From an uncultured bacterium (GTDB lineage: Bacteria > Verrucomicrobiota > Verrucomicrobiia > Verrucomicrobiales > DEV007): a DNA stretch of 64,000 bases. Location of the stretch: the NCBI GenBank assembly GCA_963977015.1, contig CAXBMO010000013.1, forward strand, positions 116,897 through 180,896, in the 5' to 3' direction. The position numbers and the translations under genes are program-made. The notes under the pieces were generated by a model that was given only the letters and a program-made list of their open reading frames with translations, ran no database searches and was not told where the DNA came from. Below are positions 9,679 to 19,631 of this stretch, piece after piece (positions within the stretch are counted from its first letter, which is position 1; the number at the start of each line of letters is the position of its first letter).

Positions 9679-11361
9679 TCAGGACTCTTGAAGATCAAAT
9701 TCCGGATAGGCGGTCGTTGCATGTTCGCTGAAGTCGAGTCCGGCAGCCTGGTCTTCGTCGCTGGCCCGAAGCCCCAGCCCAATTTCAACGGCTTTGAAAA
9801 CGAGGATGCCAATCAAGTAAGCAAGTCCACAAATGGCCGTAATCCCAAGCAGCTGAATCAGGAAAAACTCGAGGCTGAAAGGGCCGACCAGAGAAACCGC
9901 AAGGGTTCCCCAAACACCAGCATAGAGATGGACCGGCACGGCCCCGACCACGTCATCCAATTGGCGGTTCTCCAGATAAGCGATTCCCCATGCGGCGAAC
10001 AGCCCGGCAACCCCGCCAATCAAGAGTGCGACCAGGGGATGGATTTGATCGGCCGAGGCGGATACGGCAACAAGCCCGGCCAGAATGCCATTTAGCGCGA
10101 AGTTTAAATCACTTCGACCACGTTGACGCCAGACTGACAGGGAGGCGAAAACGGAACCTCCTGCCGCCGCAATTGCGAAATTCACCGAAATTCGGCCAAC
10201 AGTTTGGATCTCATAACCAGCGGAAAGGGTTTGTCCAAGCCCCAGTCCAAACCAGCCCAGCCAAACCAGCAATGTTCCCACCGCAGCCTGCGGAAGGCTA
10301 TGTCCGGTGACGATCTTGGGAAGACCATCATTGCTGAACCGTTCATGTCGCGGACCGAGGATCTTAATTCCCGCCAAGGCGAACGCTCCGCCGATTCCAT
10401 GAATGACTGCTGAACCCCCAAAATCGACAAAGCCCAGTTTTTCAAGCCAACCCAGGGAGCCTGGGTAGCCAAAGTAGCTGACTCGCGATCCCCAGGCGAA
10501 TTGGGCAAGGAGCGGATAAACCACTCCGGTAAAAATCAGGATCACGAGAAGATAGTTTCCGAACCGGGTTCGCTCGCCCGTCGCTCCGGAACAAATGCTT
10601 GCAGCTACGACCACAAATCCGGATTGAAGCAGCCAGAAACTCCAGATCGAGTCGCTCGCGCTCGTGTGGGTGATCCACGCGAAATCAATCCCAAACATCA
10701 GCGGAAACCCGGCAAAAACAAACGTCGCCATTCCAATGGAGAGGGTCAACATCGCTTTCATCACCGCATTGACCCCATTGCGGGCATGCGAAAGTCCAAT
10801 CTCCCGGACCGCAAAGCCGATAATCATCAGAAAAACGCATAGAGATGCGAAGAAGAGCCAGGTTGGTTGGGGAGTATTCTCCGTCGAGGTCGGGGGGGGG
10901 AGAGTGGCTTGGGATGGGGGCGTTCCCACTTGTTGAGTCGCGGGAGGGCTGTTCGGCTCGGAGATCCCTTTTAGCGGCGAGTCCCTCAATGGACGCAGGG
11001 AACGCTCTTGCTTCAATGCATTGAGTTCGGCTTGAAGAATACGAAGGTTTATCGTGTTCTCTTGGGTGGCCGCGGCCGACGCTTCCAGCGCTTCGAATTC
11101 TCTTCTCAGGTCGCGAAGTTTTTTCTCGTTCGCCGCTGCGTTTACGGCGTTCTCATAAATGGCTTTCTCGTTAAGATTCGCACTGGGAGATGGAGGTTGG
11201 CGGGTGGCTTGGACTTCGATGCGGGCGCTCAATTCATCGAGAGCGTTGCGAAGCTCATCGAGTTTGGAATCGACCGAAGGTGTCGAGTTCTGGGCGAGCA
11301 GGGGAAGAGCCAGAAGCTTGAAGCAGAAGATCAACAAGGCGGTCTGGAAGCCATTTCGCAT
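9679..11361 (-). CDS. amt: Ammonium transporter (Amt family) with signal peptide and extra N-terminal coiled-coil domain
   Basis: SGATGER, DFGGSAVIH, LGPR, NGILAGLVAVSA, DDVVGAVPVH, GLDFSEH. Confidence 0.9.
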   Translation of the reverse strand: MRNGFQTALLIFCFKLLALPLLAQNSTPSVDSKLDELRNALDELSARIEVQATRQPPSPSANLNEKAIYENAVNAAANEKKLRDLRREFEALEASAAATQENTINLRILQAELNALKQERSLRPLRDSPLKGISEPNSPPATQQVGTPPSQATLPPPTSTENTPQPTWLFFASLCVFLMIIGFAVREIGLSHARNGVNAVMKAMLTLSIGMATFVFAGFPLMFGIDFAWITHTSASDSIWSFWLLQSGFVVVAASICSGATGERTRFGNYLLVILIFTGVVYPLLAQFAWGSRVSYFGYPGSLGWLEKLGFVDFGGSAVIHGIGGAFALAGIKILGPRHERFSNDGLPKIVTGHSLPQAAVGTLLVWLGWFGLGLGQTLSAGYEIQTVGRISVNFAIAAAGGSVFASLSVWRQRGRSDLNFALNGILAGLVAVSASADQIHPLVALLIGGVAGLFAAWGIAYLENRQLDDVVGAVPVHLYAGVWGTLAVSLVGPFSLEFFLIQLLGITAICGLAYLIGILVFKAVEIGLGLRASDEDQAAGLDFSEHATTAYPEFDLQES

Positions 11362-11393
11362 GATGGGGGAGGGAGATGGAATCGTTCGGCTGG

Positions 11394-12347
11394 CTAAAGG
11401 TTCGTGGTTTGAATCAGGTCAAAAAGTTCGGTTCGAATCCGTTCCCGTTTCACGCGGTCCGGAATTCGTGCGGTCAGGGCATCACCAATTTCTCGAAATT
11501 GGTCGGGAGACGGTAGGTCTCCATAAATTGCGCGTTTTGTTTTAAGCTCGTGATTCAAAAATAGCGAGACTGTTTGTCGGCTCATTACCTTCCCAAGAAC
11601 GCGGGTTAACGATTTCCGATAGGCTTCCCAGCTCAATCCGTCGTTAGCCTCTTGGTGAAGAGCTGGCGCAGGATAGTTTTCCGCCTCCTGTGGAAGTGGG
11701 GAAGGAGCTGGTGGTGACTCCTGAGCCAGGTTGCTAGTCGGCAAATTCTCGGGAGGCTCCAACTCCTCCGGTTCAGGGGGCGTGGGGGGAGTTGGCGAAT
11801 GAAGGAAGGACGAGGACAGATTCTCCTCTTCCTCCGCACGAGGAATCACCAAGTTCTGCGGCAGTGGCTCGGCTGGGTGTACCGTAAGCCGGTCGTCAGT
11901 CAGCGCCCGATTTCGCCAGGTTTCGGGTAAGCTGAGACTGACCTCAGACCGGGACAGAACCTGCTTCTTTCCCGGTTTCGCCGATTTTCCATGTTCGATG
12001 CGGTCGAGATCATCCAAAAAGTTGTGGCCAATCACACAAACCTCATCGGTGTCTTCCGGATCGCGATGCAGGATCAAAAGCCGGTAATCTTTCAGGGCCA
12101 GCAAGACCACATTGCCGCCATCGAAGCCCAGAACGATTTCTTCGACACTTCTGCCCTGCCGTTCGTAAGCGGAAACCACGTCCTCCATAATCTCGCTCAT
12201 TCGTTCGAAGCGATCTTTGGGCAAAGCCATTCGGTTCAACAATACGGTCGCACGGCGACTGAGGCAGACACCACGAACGCCGTTGATGTGCTCAAGGGGG
12301 GCGATGCTACGCCTTAACTCTGACTCTGTGAAACTTGCGCTCGTCAT
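11394..12347 (-). CDS. Roadblock/LC7-like N-terminal domain, Pro/Glu linker and helical C-terminal domain
   Basis: Start at ATG 12347. LEHINGVRGVCL..VEEIVLGFDGGNVVLL matches the roadblock alpha-beta pattern. Confidence 0.6.
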   Translation of the reverse strand: MTSASFTESELRRSIAPLEHINGVRGVCLSRRATVLLNRMALPKDRFERMSEIMEDVVSAYERQGRSVEEIVLGFDGGNVVLLALKDYRLLILHRDPEDTDEVCVIGHNFLDDLDRIEHGKSAKPGKKQVLSRSEVSLSLPETWRNRALTDDRLTVHPAEPLPQNLVIPRAEEEENLSSSFLHSPTPPTPPEPEELEPPENLPTSNLAQESPPAPSPLPQEAENYPAPALHQEANDGLSWEAYRKSLTRVLGKVMSRQTVSLFLNHELKTKRAIYGDLPSPDQFREIGDALTARIPDRVKRERIRTELFDLIQTTNL

Positions 12348-12366
12348 TTCCCTCGATGGGGGCGGA

Positions 12367-12696
12367 TCAGTCTGGCTTGAGGTGCTCCATTGCCTCGGAA
12401 TATCGGAATCGGCGATTGGCCAGAAGGCCATGAAGCGGATTGGTTTCCTGGTCCGGACCGTCCTCAAACCGGAAGGCCATCGTCTTGCCGTTTTCAGCGA
12501 TCGATCCGTGGGAAATACTGCTCATGCCCAGCTTGGAACCGAGTGCCTGGGCATACATTTGCAATTGGGTCAGTTCATCGGCGAATTCCTCGGTATCCTC
12601 TTGGCCGGTCGAGCCTTTCACCATCTCGTCTTCCACCAGAAAAAAACGCACAGATGCCTCTTGGGACGCCGCATTTCGTTTTTGTTTGGGATGCAT
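12367..12696 (-). CDS. Small hypothetical protein, possibly roadblock-like
   Basis: 109 aa, co-oriented with the next gene across a 19-nt gap; beta-beta-alpha-beta-beta-beta-alpha pattern. Confidence 0.5.
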   Translation of the reverse strand: MHPKQKRNAASQEASVRFFLVEDEMVKGSTGQEDTEEFADELTQLQMYAQALGSKLGMSSISHGSIAENGKTMAFRFEDGPDQETNPLHGLLANRRFRYSEAMEHLKPD

Positions 12697-12866
12697 GACC
12701 GTATCAAATGCTAATTGGTGGACCGATGGAGTGTAAAGCCAGTTTTCTCCTCGGGAAAGCCCTGGATGCTGTGCTCAATCCCCATGGAAATCGCAAGGGG
12801 CAAAATTCGGACGATTCAGCAATTGTTCAGTTTCGGATTGGGAAATCAGGACGAGAAACTCGCACC

Positions 12867-14321
12867 CTAGAAATCGCGAAATGGTCCTCTCGGTTCGGAC
12901 TGCGCCATTTGGTTCTCCCAAGCCGCAAACCGCAATTTGAGGCGCTCGAGAACTTCAGGCCGGGACGCTGATTGGTCGTTCTTCTCTCCCATATCCCGTG
13001 ACAGATCAAACAGTCCCTTACCGGCGGCACTTTCCACCCATTTCCAGTTGCCGATTCGCGCGGCGCGATCGCCTCGGCGTTGCCAGAACATCTCCTTTCG
13101 AGGCGAAGCTTTTTCGCCCGCCAAAACCGGCGTCAGGTCGAAGCCATCCAATTGCAATCCATCGGGAGCTACGTTGCCGGTCGCAGCCAGAATGGTTGGA
13201 AGAACCTCGAGGCTGGTCAAAAACTCGTCGTTCACCTCACCGGCGGGAATCCTGGCAGGCCAACGGACGAGGCAGGGAACCCGGAGCCCTCCTTCGAACA
13301 TCTGTGCTTTGTGCCCCCGAAGCGGTGAATTGTCGGCCCCTCCGGAACCGCCGTTATCAGAAAAGAAGATGACGAGGGTATTCGTCGCGAGGTCCGAATC
13401 GTCCAGGAAATCCAGAATTTCACCGATCCCGGCGTCCATGCACGTCACCGATGCGCGGTAGTCCCGAGTCCGGGCCTCTTTCGTGACCATTTCCCCTCCT
13501 TCGTTGAAGGGTGGGTGAACGTATTTTTTAAATTGATCAACTTTCCGCACTTCCTTCTCCACCGGCGGATAAAGGTCTTGGAATTCCGGTGGAGCTTGAA
13601 CCGTTGAGCGAATCTTGGGATCCAGGCTGGACGAGTTATGAGGAGCATTGAAGGGGACGTAGAGAAAGAACGGCTTGTCGTGGTTCTTGCGCAAAAACCG
13701 CATCGCTTCCCGCTGGAAAAGGGTAGTGCAGTAGATGCCCTTGTCCTCCTCCGTCAGAGCATTGTTCCGATACATGCTTGGAACGCCGTATCGCTCGTGA
13801 GTGTAATAGTCGATGCCGGTGTTCACGAACCCGTAGAACTCGTCAAATCCGCGGGCCAGGGGAAGAAATCGACGATGGATACCGAGATCCCACTTGCCGA
13901 AGATTCCGCTTTGGTAGTCCTGATTTTGAAGAAGCGCCGGTATCAGCACCTCCTTCGTGTCCATCCCGGCGACGCGCTCGAAGGTATATCGGTATTCGTG
14001 ATCCGGGTATTTGTAACCATAGTCCGGCGCCTCATTTCGAAACATGTCGGAGGTGCCGTTTCGCTGCGGATAGCGGCCCGTCAGAAAGGCGCCCCGTGAC
14101 GGGGTGCAGGCAGGCCACGCCACATAGAAGCTGGTGAGGCGGACTCCTTCCCTTGCCAAACGATCCAGATTCGGCGTCTGAATGTTATTGGCGCCAATGA
14201 TCCCGAGATCGGCGTAACCCTGATCATCTGAGACAATCAGAACCACGTTGGTGGGCGCTGCAAAGGTGACGCCCAGAAAGCAGGCGACAAGGAACGGAAT
14301 GAATGGCGCGGGAGTTTTCAC
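12867..14321 (-). CDS. Sulfatase (formylglycine-dependent, arylsulfatase A-like)
   Basis: Signal peptide, SDDQG, CTPSR, GKWDLG, SDNG. Confidence 0.95.
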   Translation of the reverse strand: MKTPAPFIPFLVACFLGVTFAAPTNVVLIVSDDQGYADLGIIGANNIQTPNLDRLAREGVRLTSFYVAWPACTPSRGAFLTGRYPQRNGTSDMFRNEAPDYGYKYPDHEYRYTFERVAGMDTKEVLIPALLQNQDYQSGIFGKWDLGIHRRFLPLARGFDEFYGFVNTGIDYYTHERYGVPSMYRNNALTEEDKGIYCTTLFQREAMRFLRKNHDKPFFLYVPFNAPHNSSSLDPKIRSTVQAPPEFQDLYPPVEKEVRKVDQFKKYVHPPFNEGGEMVTKEARTRDYRASVTCMDAGIGEILDFLDDSDLATNTLVIFFSDNGGSGGADNSPLRGHKAQMFEGGLRVPCLVRWPARIPAGEVNDEFLTSLEVLPTILAATGNVAPDGLQLDGFDLTPVLAGEKASPRKEMFWQRRGDRAARIGNWKWVESAAGKGLFDLSRDMGEKNDQSASRPEVLERLKLRFAAWENQMAQSEPRGPFRDF

Positions 14322-14380
14322 TCCTGACCAACCGTGGGGACAGGCATTCTGTCAACGCCGCGAACCTGACCAAGCTGAGG

Positions 14381-15142
14381 CTATTCAAGCGGCCCTGAGA
14401 CCACGGATGGCGTTCTGATATCGATCGTTTCGAGACCCAACAACTCGATGAAGGGAACGTCGCCGGCTTTATTCCACTTCACCTTTACCCGGCATGCGAT
14501 GAAATCGTCATAGGGAACGTTCGCGGCGACAGCCTTGCCCAAATCAGAGTCTTTCAGGGCAAAGAGATCGACACGCTTTTCTGTTTTGGGCTTCCAGTCG
14601 GCGATCAGGCGAATCTTCTCACCGTTCAGCGGAATCTTCTCGTGCTCGGATAGGATGTTGCCACGGTAAAGGCCCATGCGGAAAAACCGCGGGGAGTCCT
14701 CTTTCTTTTCAAGGAAGCTTTCCACTGGAGTGTCGTAGGCTTGGGCGAACGTCTCCCAGTCAACCTTGAAGGAATCACCGTCTTCCACCACGGAAACCCT
14801 GACATAGTCCTCCAGTCCTTTCACAACGAGGTCCGCCCGAACCACGTGATAGATCTCTTTGCTGGGAATTCGTGTCGCTCCCGTTCCTCGTACCGCCAGC
14901 ACCTCTTTTCCCATCCACTCGAACTCGGCGTAGTGTTTCTCCATCACGGGTTTTAGAACCTCGGCATCGAGTACGTATTGGGCGGCCTCTTCCCAGGTTT
15001 TCGCTTGGAGGAAATCGCGGAGAACGGTGCCGGCTTCGTTGGCTTTCTTCAGGAGGGCCTCTTTCTGTGCAGCATCGATTTGAGCCGAGATCGGCTGAAT
15101 GGAGGGAACCAGAACGGCAAGGGCTAGGAGAAGGGGTCTCAT
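14381..15142 (-). CDS. Secreted hypothetical protein
   Basis: Start at ATG 15142 gives a signal peptide; contains FKVDWETF. Confidence 0.7.
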   Translation of the reverse strand: MRPLLLALAVLVPSIQPISAQIDAAQKEALLKKANEAGTVLRDFLQAKTWEEAAQYVLDAEVLKPVMEKHYAEFEWMGKEVLAVRGTGATRIPSKEIYHVVRADLVVKGLEDYVRVSVVEDGDSFKVDWETFAQAYDTPVESFLEKKEDSPRFFRMGLYRGNILSEHEKIPLNGEKIRLIADWKPKTEKRVDLFALKDSDLGKAVAANVPYDDFIACRVKVKWNKAGDVPFIELLGLETIDIRTPSVVSGPLE

Positions 15143-15595
15143 CGCGTAACCCCTTCTGGAAGATTTCAAAAGTTTCAAGCAGCAAAAAGTGATGATTCAG
15201 TCAGGAAGGAAGAGAGCTGGAAGGGAGGGGGCGCTGGAAAGCGAATTTGGACTCAAAAGAGACTAGAGAATTGGGAAAAGATACCATTCAAGATTGTCAA
15301 TATTTCCAAATGAAAATGGATGGTATTTCAGGTGGTCTTGAAATACTGAACGGTGAAAAGCTCTATAAGGTGCTGATGGGGAGCGGGTTACGGGGGATCT
15401 TGAGCGGTTGTTTGCGAGAGTTCACAAATATTTCATTGTCTTTTTCGGCGTCCTCTTCCAGAAATTGCCTCCTTCTTCGGAAGGGGCTGCGACTTGAACG
15501 GATATTGTGACGAACTCGTTTCATTATGTATCTGGCCAATCCGCAGTTAGCGCCCTAAAAATGGCGCGCACTTCACACTAACTAACACTAACTAA

Positions 15596-16732
15596 ATGAA
15601 GAACCTAACAGCAAAACTGATTGGTGGATTTGTTCTCCTTACCGGCCTCGCCTATGCGGGACCAGGCAAGGAGATCGTCATCGAGCCAGAAACACCCAAA
15701 ACCTTCTGTGATCACTATGGTGATGTCCTCGGGCTTGCCAAGCTTTACGAAGGCGACGGTCCTCTTATTCAAGAGATCAAACTGATTGGTCGTTATCACG
15801 GTCAATACCACAACACCGAGTCCGATTTGGGCGACGATAGCGATTGGGAAAACCGCCGCTTCCGTTTCGGTGTTGGCGCTACCTTTCTCGAGAACTTCGA
15901 GTTTGAAGGCCAATTCAACCTGAAGAACGACTTCAGCGAGAGTGGACGTCTCTTCGAGACAGTTGAAGATCTTACCATCTCCTGGGAGCCCAATGACGCC
16001 TGGGGAATTACCGTTGGTAAGCAAAAGCCGAAAGTCACTCGTGAATACTCCACTTCTTCGAAGCGGATCAAGACGATCGAGCGCTCACAGCTGGTGAACC
16101 AAATCGTTCCTGACAAAGCAGGTGGTATCGTTCTTACCTTGAACGATGTCGCAGGTTTCGAAATCGACCTCGGTGGATTCACGGGCGACGCTGGCGATGA
16201 CTGGGATCTTCCCGACTTTGACGGCGGTTACGGTCTCTATGCTCGGATCGGTCGCGAGATCACGGAAGCAACAGAAGTTCGTTTCGATTACTTCTACAAC
16301 GACGGTGATCCAAACAATGGTGAGTTCGAAGACTTCGGAAACATCTTCTCTCTTAACTCCAGCAGCGACTGGGATCGGATGCACCTGGTGACTGACCTCA
16401 TCTATGCAACCGGCATCAACGGTGAAGCTGACAATTTCGGTGTCGTTTTCATGCCTTACTATGACATCACCGACAAGTTGGAAGCTGTTTTCCGCTACAC
16501 CTACTCCAACTCGGATCGCTTCAACGGCCTCGACGAGCAGAGCCGCTACGAAGACGACGCGTCTGGAGCCATCACTGGGGACGCATACAACGCCTTCTAC
16601 CTGGGACTGAACTACTACATCTGCGGCGACAAGCTGAAGTTGATGAACGGTGTTGAGTATGCCGACATGAGCGGTGGTGCGGTTGAAAATGACTGGTGGA
16701 CGTTCTTCACTGGCGTTCGCATGTATTTCTAA
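15596..16732 (+). CDS. Outer-membrane porin (OprO/OprP-like)
   Basis: Signal peptide, RRFRFG, VGKQKP, SSKRIKTIERS, C-terminal Phe; strongly biased codon usage. Confidence 0.85.
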   Translation: MKNLTAKLIGGFVLLTGLAYAGPGKEIVIEPETPKTFCDHYGDVLGLAKLYEGDGPLIQEIKLIGRYHGQYHNTESDLGDDSDWENRRFRFGVGATFLENFEFEGQFNLKNDFSESGRLFETVEDLTISWEPNDAWGITVGKQKPKVTREYSTSSKRIKTIERSQLVNQIVPDKAGGIVLTLNDVAGFEIDLGGFTGDAGDDWDLPDFDGGYGLYARIGREITEATEVRFDYFYNDGDPNNGEFEDFGNIFSLNSSSDWDRMHLVTDLIYATGINGEADNFGVVFMPYYDITDKLEAVFRYTYSNSDRFNGLDEQSRYEDDASGAITGDAYNAFYLGLNYYICGDKLKLMNGVEYADMSGGAVENDWWTFFTGVRMYF

Positions 16733-16767
16733 GCTGAAATACGGTTTTCAAAAACACACTTAATTTT

Positions 16768-16798
16768 GAGCGGGGTCCGAAAGGATCCCGCTCTTTTT
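16768..16798 (+). terminator. Rho-independent terminator after the porin
   Basis: gagcggggtcc-gaaa-ggatcccgctc-ttttt. Confidence 0.85.
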
Positions 16799-16939
16799 GT
16801 GTCTCGTGTTGTGGTCAGTTGAGATGACTTCGAGGAACTCCTCCACTTCCGATCAATTGGTAGGATCAGTCCGGCATCTGCGTTTAGAAGGTGTTTGGCA
16901 TTTGCACAATCCACCAATTGAGGGCCTGTTCAGCCATTC

Positions 16940-17560
16940 ATGTCCAACGTGACTCGCCAGGGAATTCTTTGCGTTGTCTCCGGTCCCTCGGGATCTGGGA
17001 AGACGACTCTTTGCCATCGTTTTGCCGAGGCAGATGCCGGAGCCATCTACTCAGTCTCTTGCACGACCCGGCCGCCCCGGGAGGGCGAGGTGGATGGCGT
17101 GGATTACCACTTTCTCTCCCATGAGGAATTCGAGGAGAAAATCGCGTCAGGGGAACTGCTGGAGTTTGCCCAGGTCCACGCCAGTGGTCGCTACTACGGC
17201 ACGCTGAAACAGCCGGTGATGGAGGCATTGAGCCAGGGGATCGACGTCTTGATGGATCTCGACGTGAAAGGGGCGGAACAGGTGCGCGCTTTGGAGGACT
17301 CTACGGTTCGTGCCAGCCTGATTGACGTGTTTATCCTTCCTCAATCCTTGGACGAACTCATGGATCGGGTGCGAAAACGCGGCCCAATGACTCCGGAAGA
17401 ACTGGAACTGCGGATGAAAAACGCCAACGAGGAGATGCAGCATTGGAAGGATTACCGCTACGCCATCCTCAGCGGAGACAAGGAAGCCGATTTTGCCGAG
17501 TTCGGCGCCATTATCCAGGCCGAACGCCACCGTTCTTCTCGGCTCGATTTGGTCGATTAG
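16940..17560 (+). CDS. gmk: Guanylate kinase
   Basis: SGPSGSGKTT, SVSCTTRPPREGEVDGVDYHF, YYGT. Confidence 0.97.
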   Translation: MSNVTRQGILCVVSGPSGSGKTTLCHRFAEADAGAIYSVSCTTRPPREGEVDGVDYHFLSHEEFEEKIASGELLEFAQVHASGRYYGTLKQPVMEALSQGIDVLMDLDVKGAEQVRALEDSTVRASLIDVFILPQSLDELMDRVRKRGPMTPEELELRMKNANEEMQHWKDYRYAILSGDKEADFAEFGAIIQAERHRSSRLDLVD

Positions 17561-17640
17561 GGGGCGTTCATCAATGAGGAACAGCTTGCGCGTCCGTCAT
17601 CATTTTCATACGCTCCCTGAAGCGATGTTCGAGTAATGCT

Positions 17641-18273
17641 CTACGAGCAGATGTAATCGCGCATCGTGCCGAAAATGATCGTCATGGAGAGTGCTCCGGC
17701 GTCAGGAAATCCTACCGAACGTTCACCCAGCGTTTTGGCGCGTCCCATGGTTGCGACCATCGCCTTGCTGGCTTCCTTGCCGGCTTCGGCCGCCTCAGCA
17801 ACTGCGGTAATCGCTTCCGGGAGTGACAAGGTCTGAACCTCCTCCGCTTTTTCGGCTGCGGGAACCAGAGCGTCGATCATCGTCTTGTCACCAGGCTTGG
17901 CTCCACCGCGCTTCATCACGCCGTCCGCCGCTGAGCGGAGCCATTTGGCCAAGCCTTGGGAATCAAGTTTCTCGCTGCCTTTCAGCTCTTTGCCGCCACG
18001 AAATACCGTGCCAAATACCACTCCGGACGCACCGCCCATCGAGGACATCATGGCTTTTCCGGTAGCAACAAGCGGCTCGTCTACCGTTGAGAACTCTCCG
18101 GCGGAAAGTGCCTCTTTCGCGGCGTTCATTCCGCGCGACATCCCAATTCCGTGGTCGCCATCGCCCAAATCGCGATCGGCTTGTGAAAGCTGGGGTTCGG
18201 CGACGATGATTGCGTCGGCAACCAGGTGAAGCATTGCCGTTGTTTCCTCGGCATTCAGGGATTCTTTAGCCAT
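17641..18273 (-). CDS. dhaL: Dihydroxyacetone kinase subunit L
   Basis: GDGDHG, GGASG, GAKPGDKTMIDAL, GRA..LGERS.G.PDAGA. Confidence 0.92.
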   Translation of the reverse strand: MAKESLNAEETTAMLHLVADAIIVAEPQLSQADRDLGDGDHGIGMSRGMNAAKEALSAGEFSTVDEPLVATGKAMMSSMGGASGVVFGTVFRGGKELKGSEKLDSQGLAKWLRSAADGVMKRGGAKPGDKTMIDALVPAAEKAEEVQTLSLPEAITAVAEAAEAGKEASKAMVATMGRAKTLGERSVGFPDAGALSMTIIFGTMRDYICS

Positions 18274-18332
18274 CGCAAAGTTTTGGCGCATTCCGCGCGA
18301 ATCATCAATCTAAAACTCCCGTGGAGACCGCC

Positions 18333-19373
18333 TTAAGCGGTAATCGTCTCCATCTTGCTGTAGCAGATTGATTCGCAGGCGGGATTCCAGTAGCTCTTCA
18401 ATTCATCGTCCAAGCGGGTGATGCTGAACGAAATCCCGGACATTTCCTGACAGGTAACGAGTGGGCCAACCATCGTGTCGTAAATTCTGACACCGCGCTC
18501 ATTGAGAAATTGCTTCGCCTTTTTGAGGCAGATCAGGCACTCCATCATCGTGGTCGATCCCAAACTGTTGACGAAAAAGATCACTTCGTCGCCGGGTTTG
18601 AGCGCCTCGACTTCAGGATCTTCGGTAAAGTCTTTGAAGATCAGGTCCAGCATCATTGGCGTCAGCTCATCAGCGGTCGTCATCGGAATTTCTCCGACTC
18701 CCGGTTCCCCGTGAATCCCCATTCCCAGGCCGATCTTGTCCTCGTCAATGTTGAACGTCGGCATTCCCGTGGCGGGGATGGAGCCCGGGCTCATGGAAAC
18801 GCCAACCGAGCGCGTTTGCAGCACGATCTTTTTCGCGGCGGCTTCAAGTTCATCCAGACTGGTTGCCGTCTGCGACGCGGCTCCTGCCATCTTCACAATC
18901 GGCACCAAACCCGCGATTCCACGGCGCTTTTCTTTCTCCGTTGGAGGCGCCGAGCAAACGTCGTCCGAAATCAGCACCGTGCGGACATCGATATCCTCGT
19001 CCTCGGCATCCTCTGCGCCGATGTCGAAGTTCATGACGTCTCCGGCGTAGTTTCCGTAGAGATAGAGCACGCCGTTCCCCTTGTTCACCGCTTGAGTCGC
19101 CTCGAAAACGATGTCGGGGGTGGGCGCCGCAAAGATGTCGCCGCAGGCTGCGCCATCCGCCAGATTGCGCCCAACCAATCCGTGATAAATCGGCTCATGA
19201 CCGCTCCCGCCACCCACCAAAAGCGCCACTTTGTTGTCTGGAATGTCCTTTTTGACAATTGACCGGCGACCGACTTTGACGCACTCGCCATCGTAAGCGT
19301 CGACCAACCCGTCAAGGAGTTCATCGGCGACGTTCAGGGGATCATTGATCAGCTTTTTTTGGGTAAGACTCAT
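18333..19373 (-). CDS. dhaK: Dihydroxyacetone kinase subunit K
   Basis: GGGSGHEP, NYAGDVMNF, RRGIAG, GMGIHGEPG. Confidence 0.92.
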   Translation of the reverse strand: MSLTQKKLINDPLNVADELLDGLVDAYDGECVKVGRRSIVKKDIPDNKVALLVGGGSGHEPIYHGLVGRNLADGAACGDIFAAPTPDIVFEATQAVNKGNGVLYLYGNYAGDVMNFDIGAEDAEDEDIDVRTVLISDDVCSAPPTEKEKRRGIAGLVPIVKMAGAASQTATSLDELEAAAKKIVLQTRSVGVSMSPGSIPATGMPTFNIDEDKIGLGMGIHGEPGVGEIPMTTADELTPMMLDLIFKDFTEDPEVEALKPGDEVIFFVNSLGSTTMMECLICLKKAKQFLNERGVRIYDTMVGPLVTCQEMSGISFSITRLDDELKSYWNPACESICYSKMETITA

Positions 19374-19631
19374 GATAGGGAATTTCGAAAACTATCGTGC
19401 TGACTAAAGGACGAAATTCGTCCCTGCCAAGGACTTTTCCGTTTCCCTGTGCCACAATCAAATCTTGTCCCGAATTGGCGCGTTCGATCGTGTTGTCAGG
19501 GCGCCGAAGTCAGAAAGTGTTGATCCAAGAGATTCAAGATGTGAAGGCGAATGGTTCAAGTGCCAGTCAGGAATGAGGTTTTGACAGAGTGATGGGAGAG
19601 GAATCATGGTTGTGATGGAATGTTTAAGCTC

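Noticed and set aside
15247-15510. 87-aa ORF upstream of the porin (likewise 7305..7562 and 48616..48891)
   Set aside because: They lie in intergenic or promoter DNA with weak starts and no motifs.
17641-19373. dhaK/dhaL without dhaM as a novel system
   Set aside because: This arrangement is common, and the phosphoryl donor may be encoded elsewhere.
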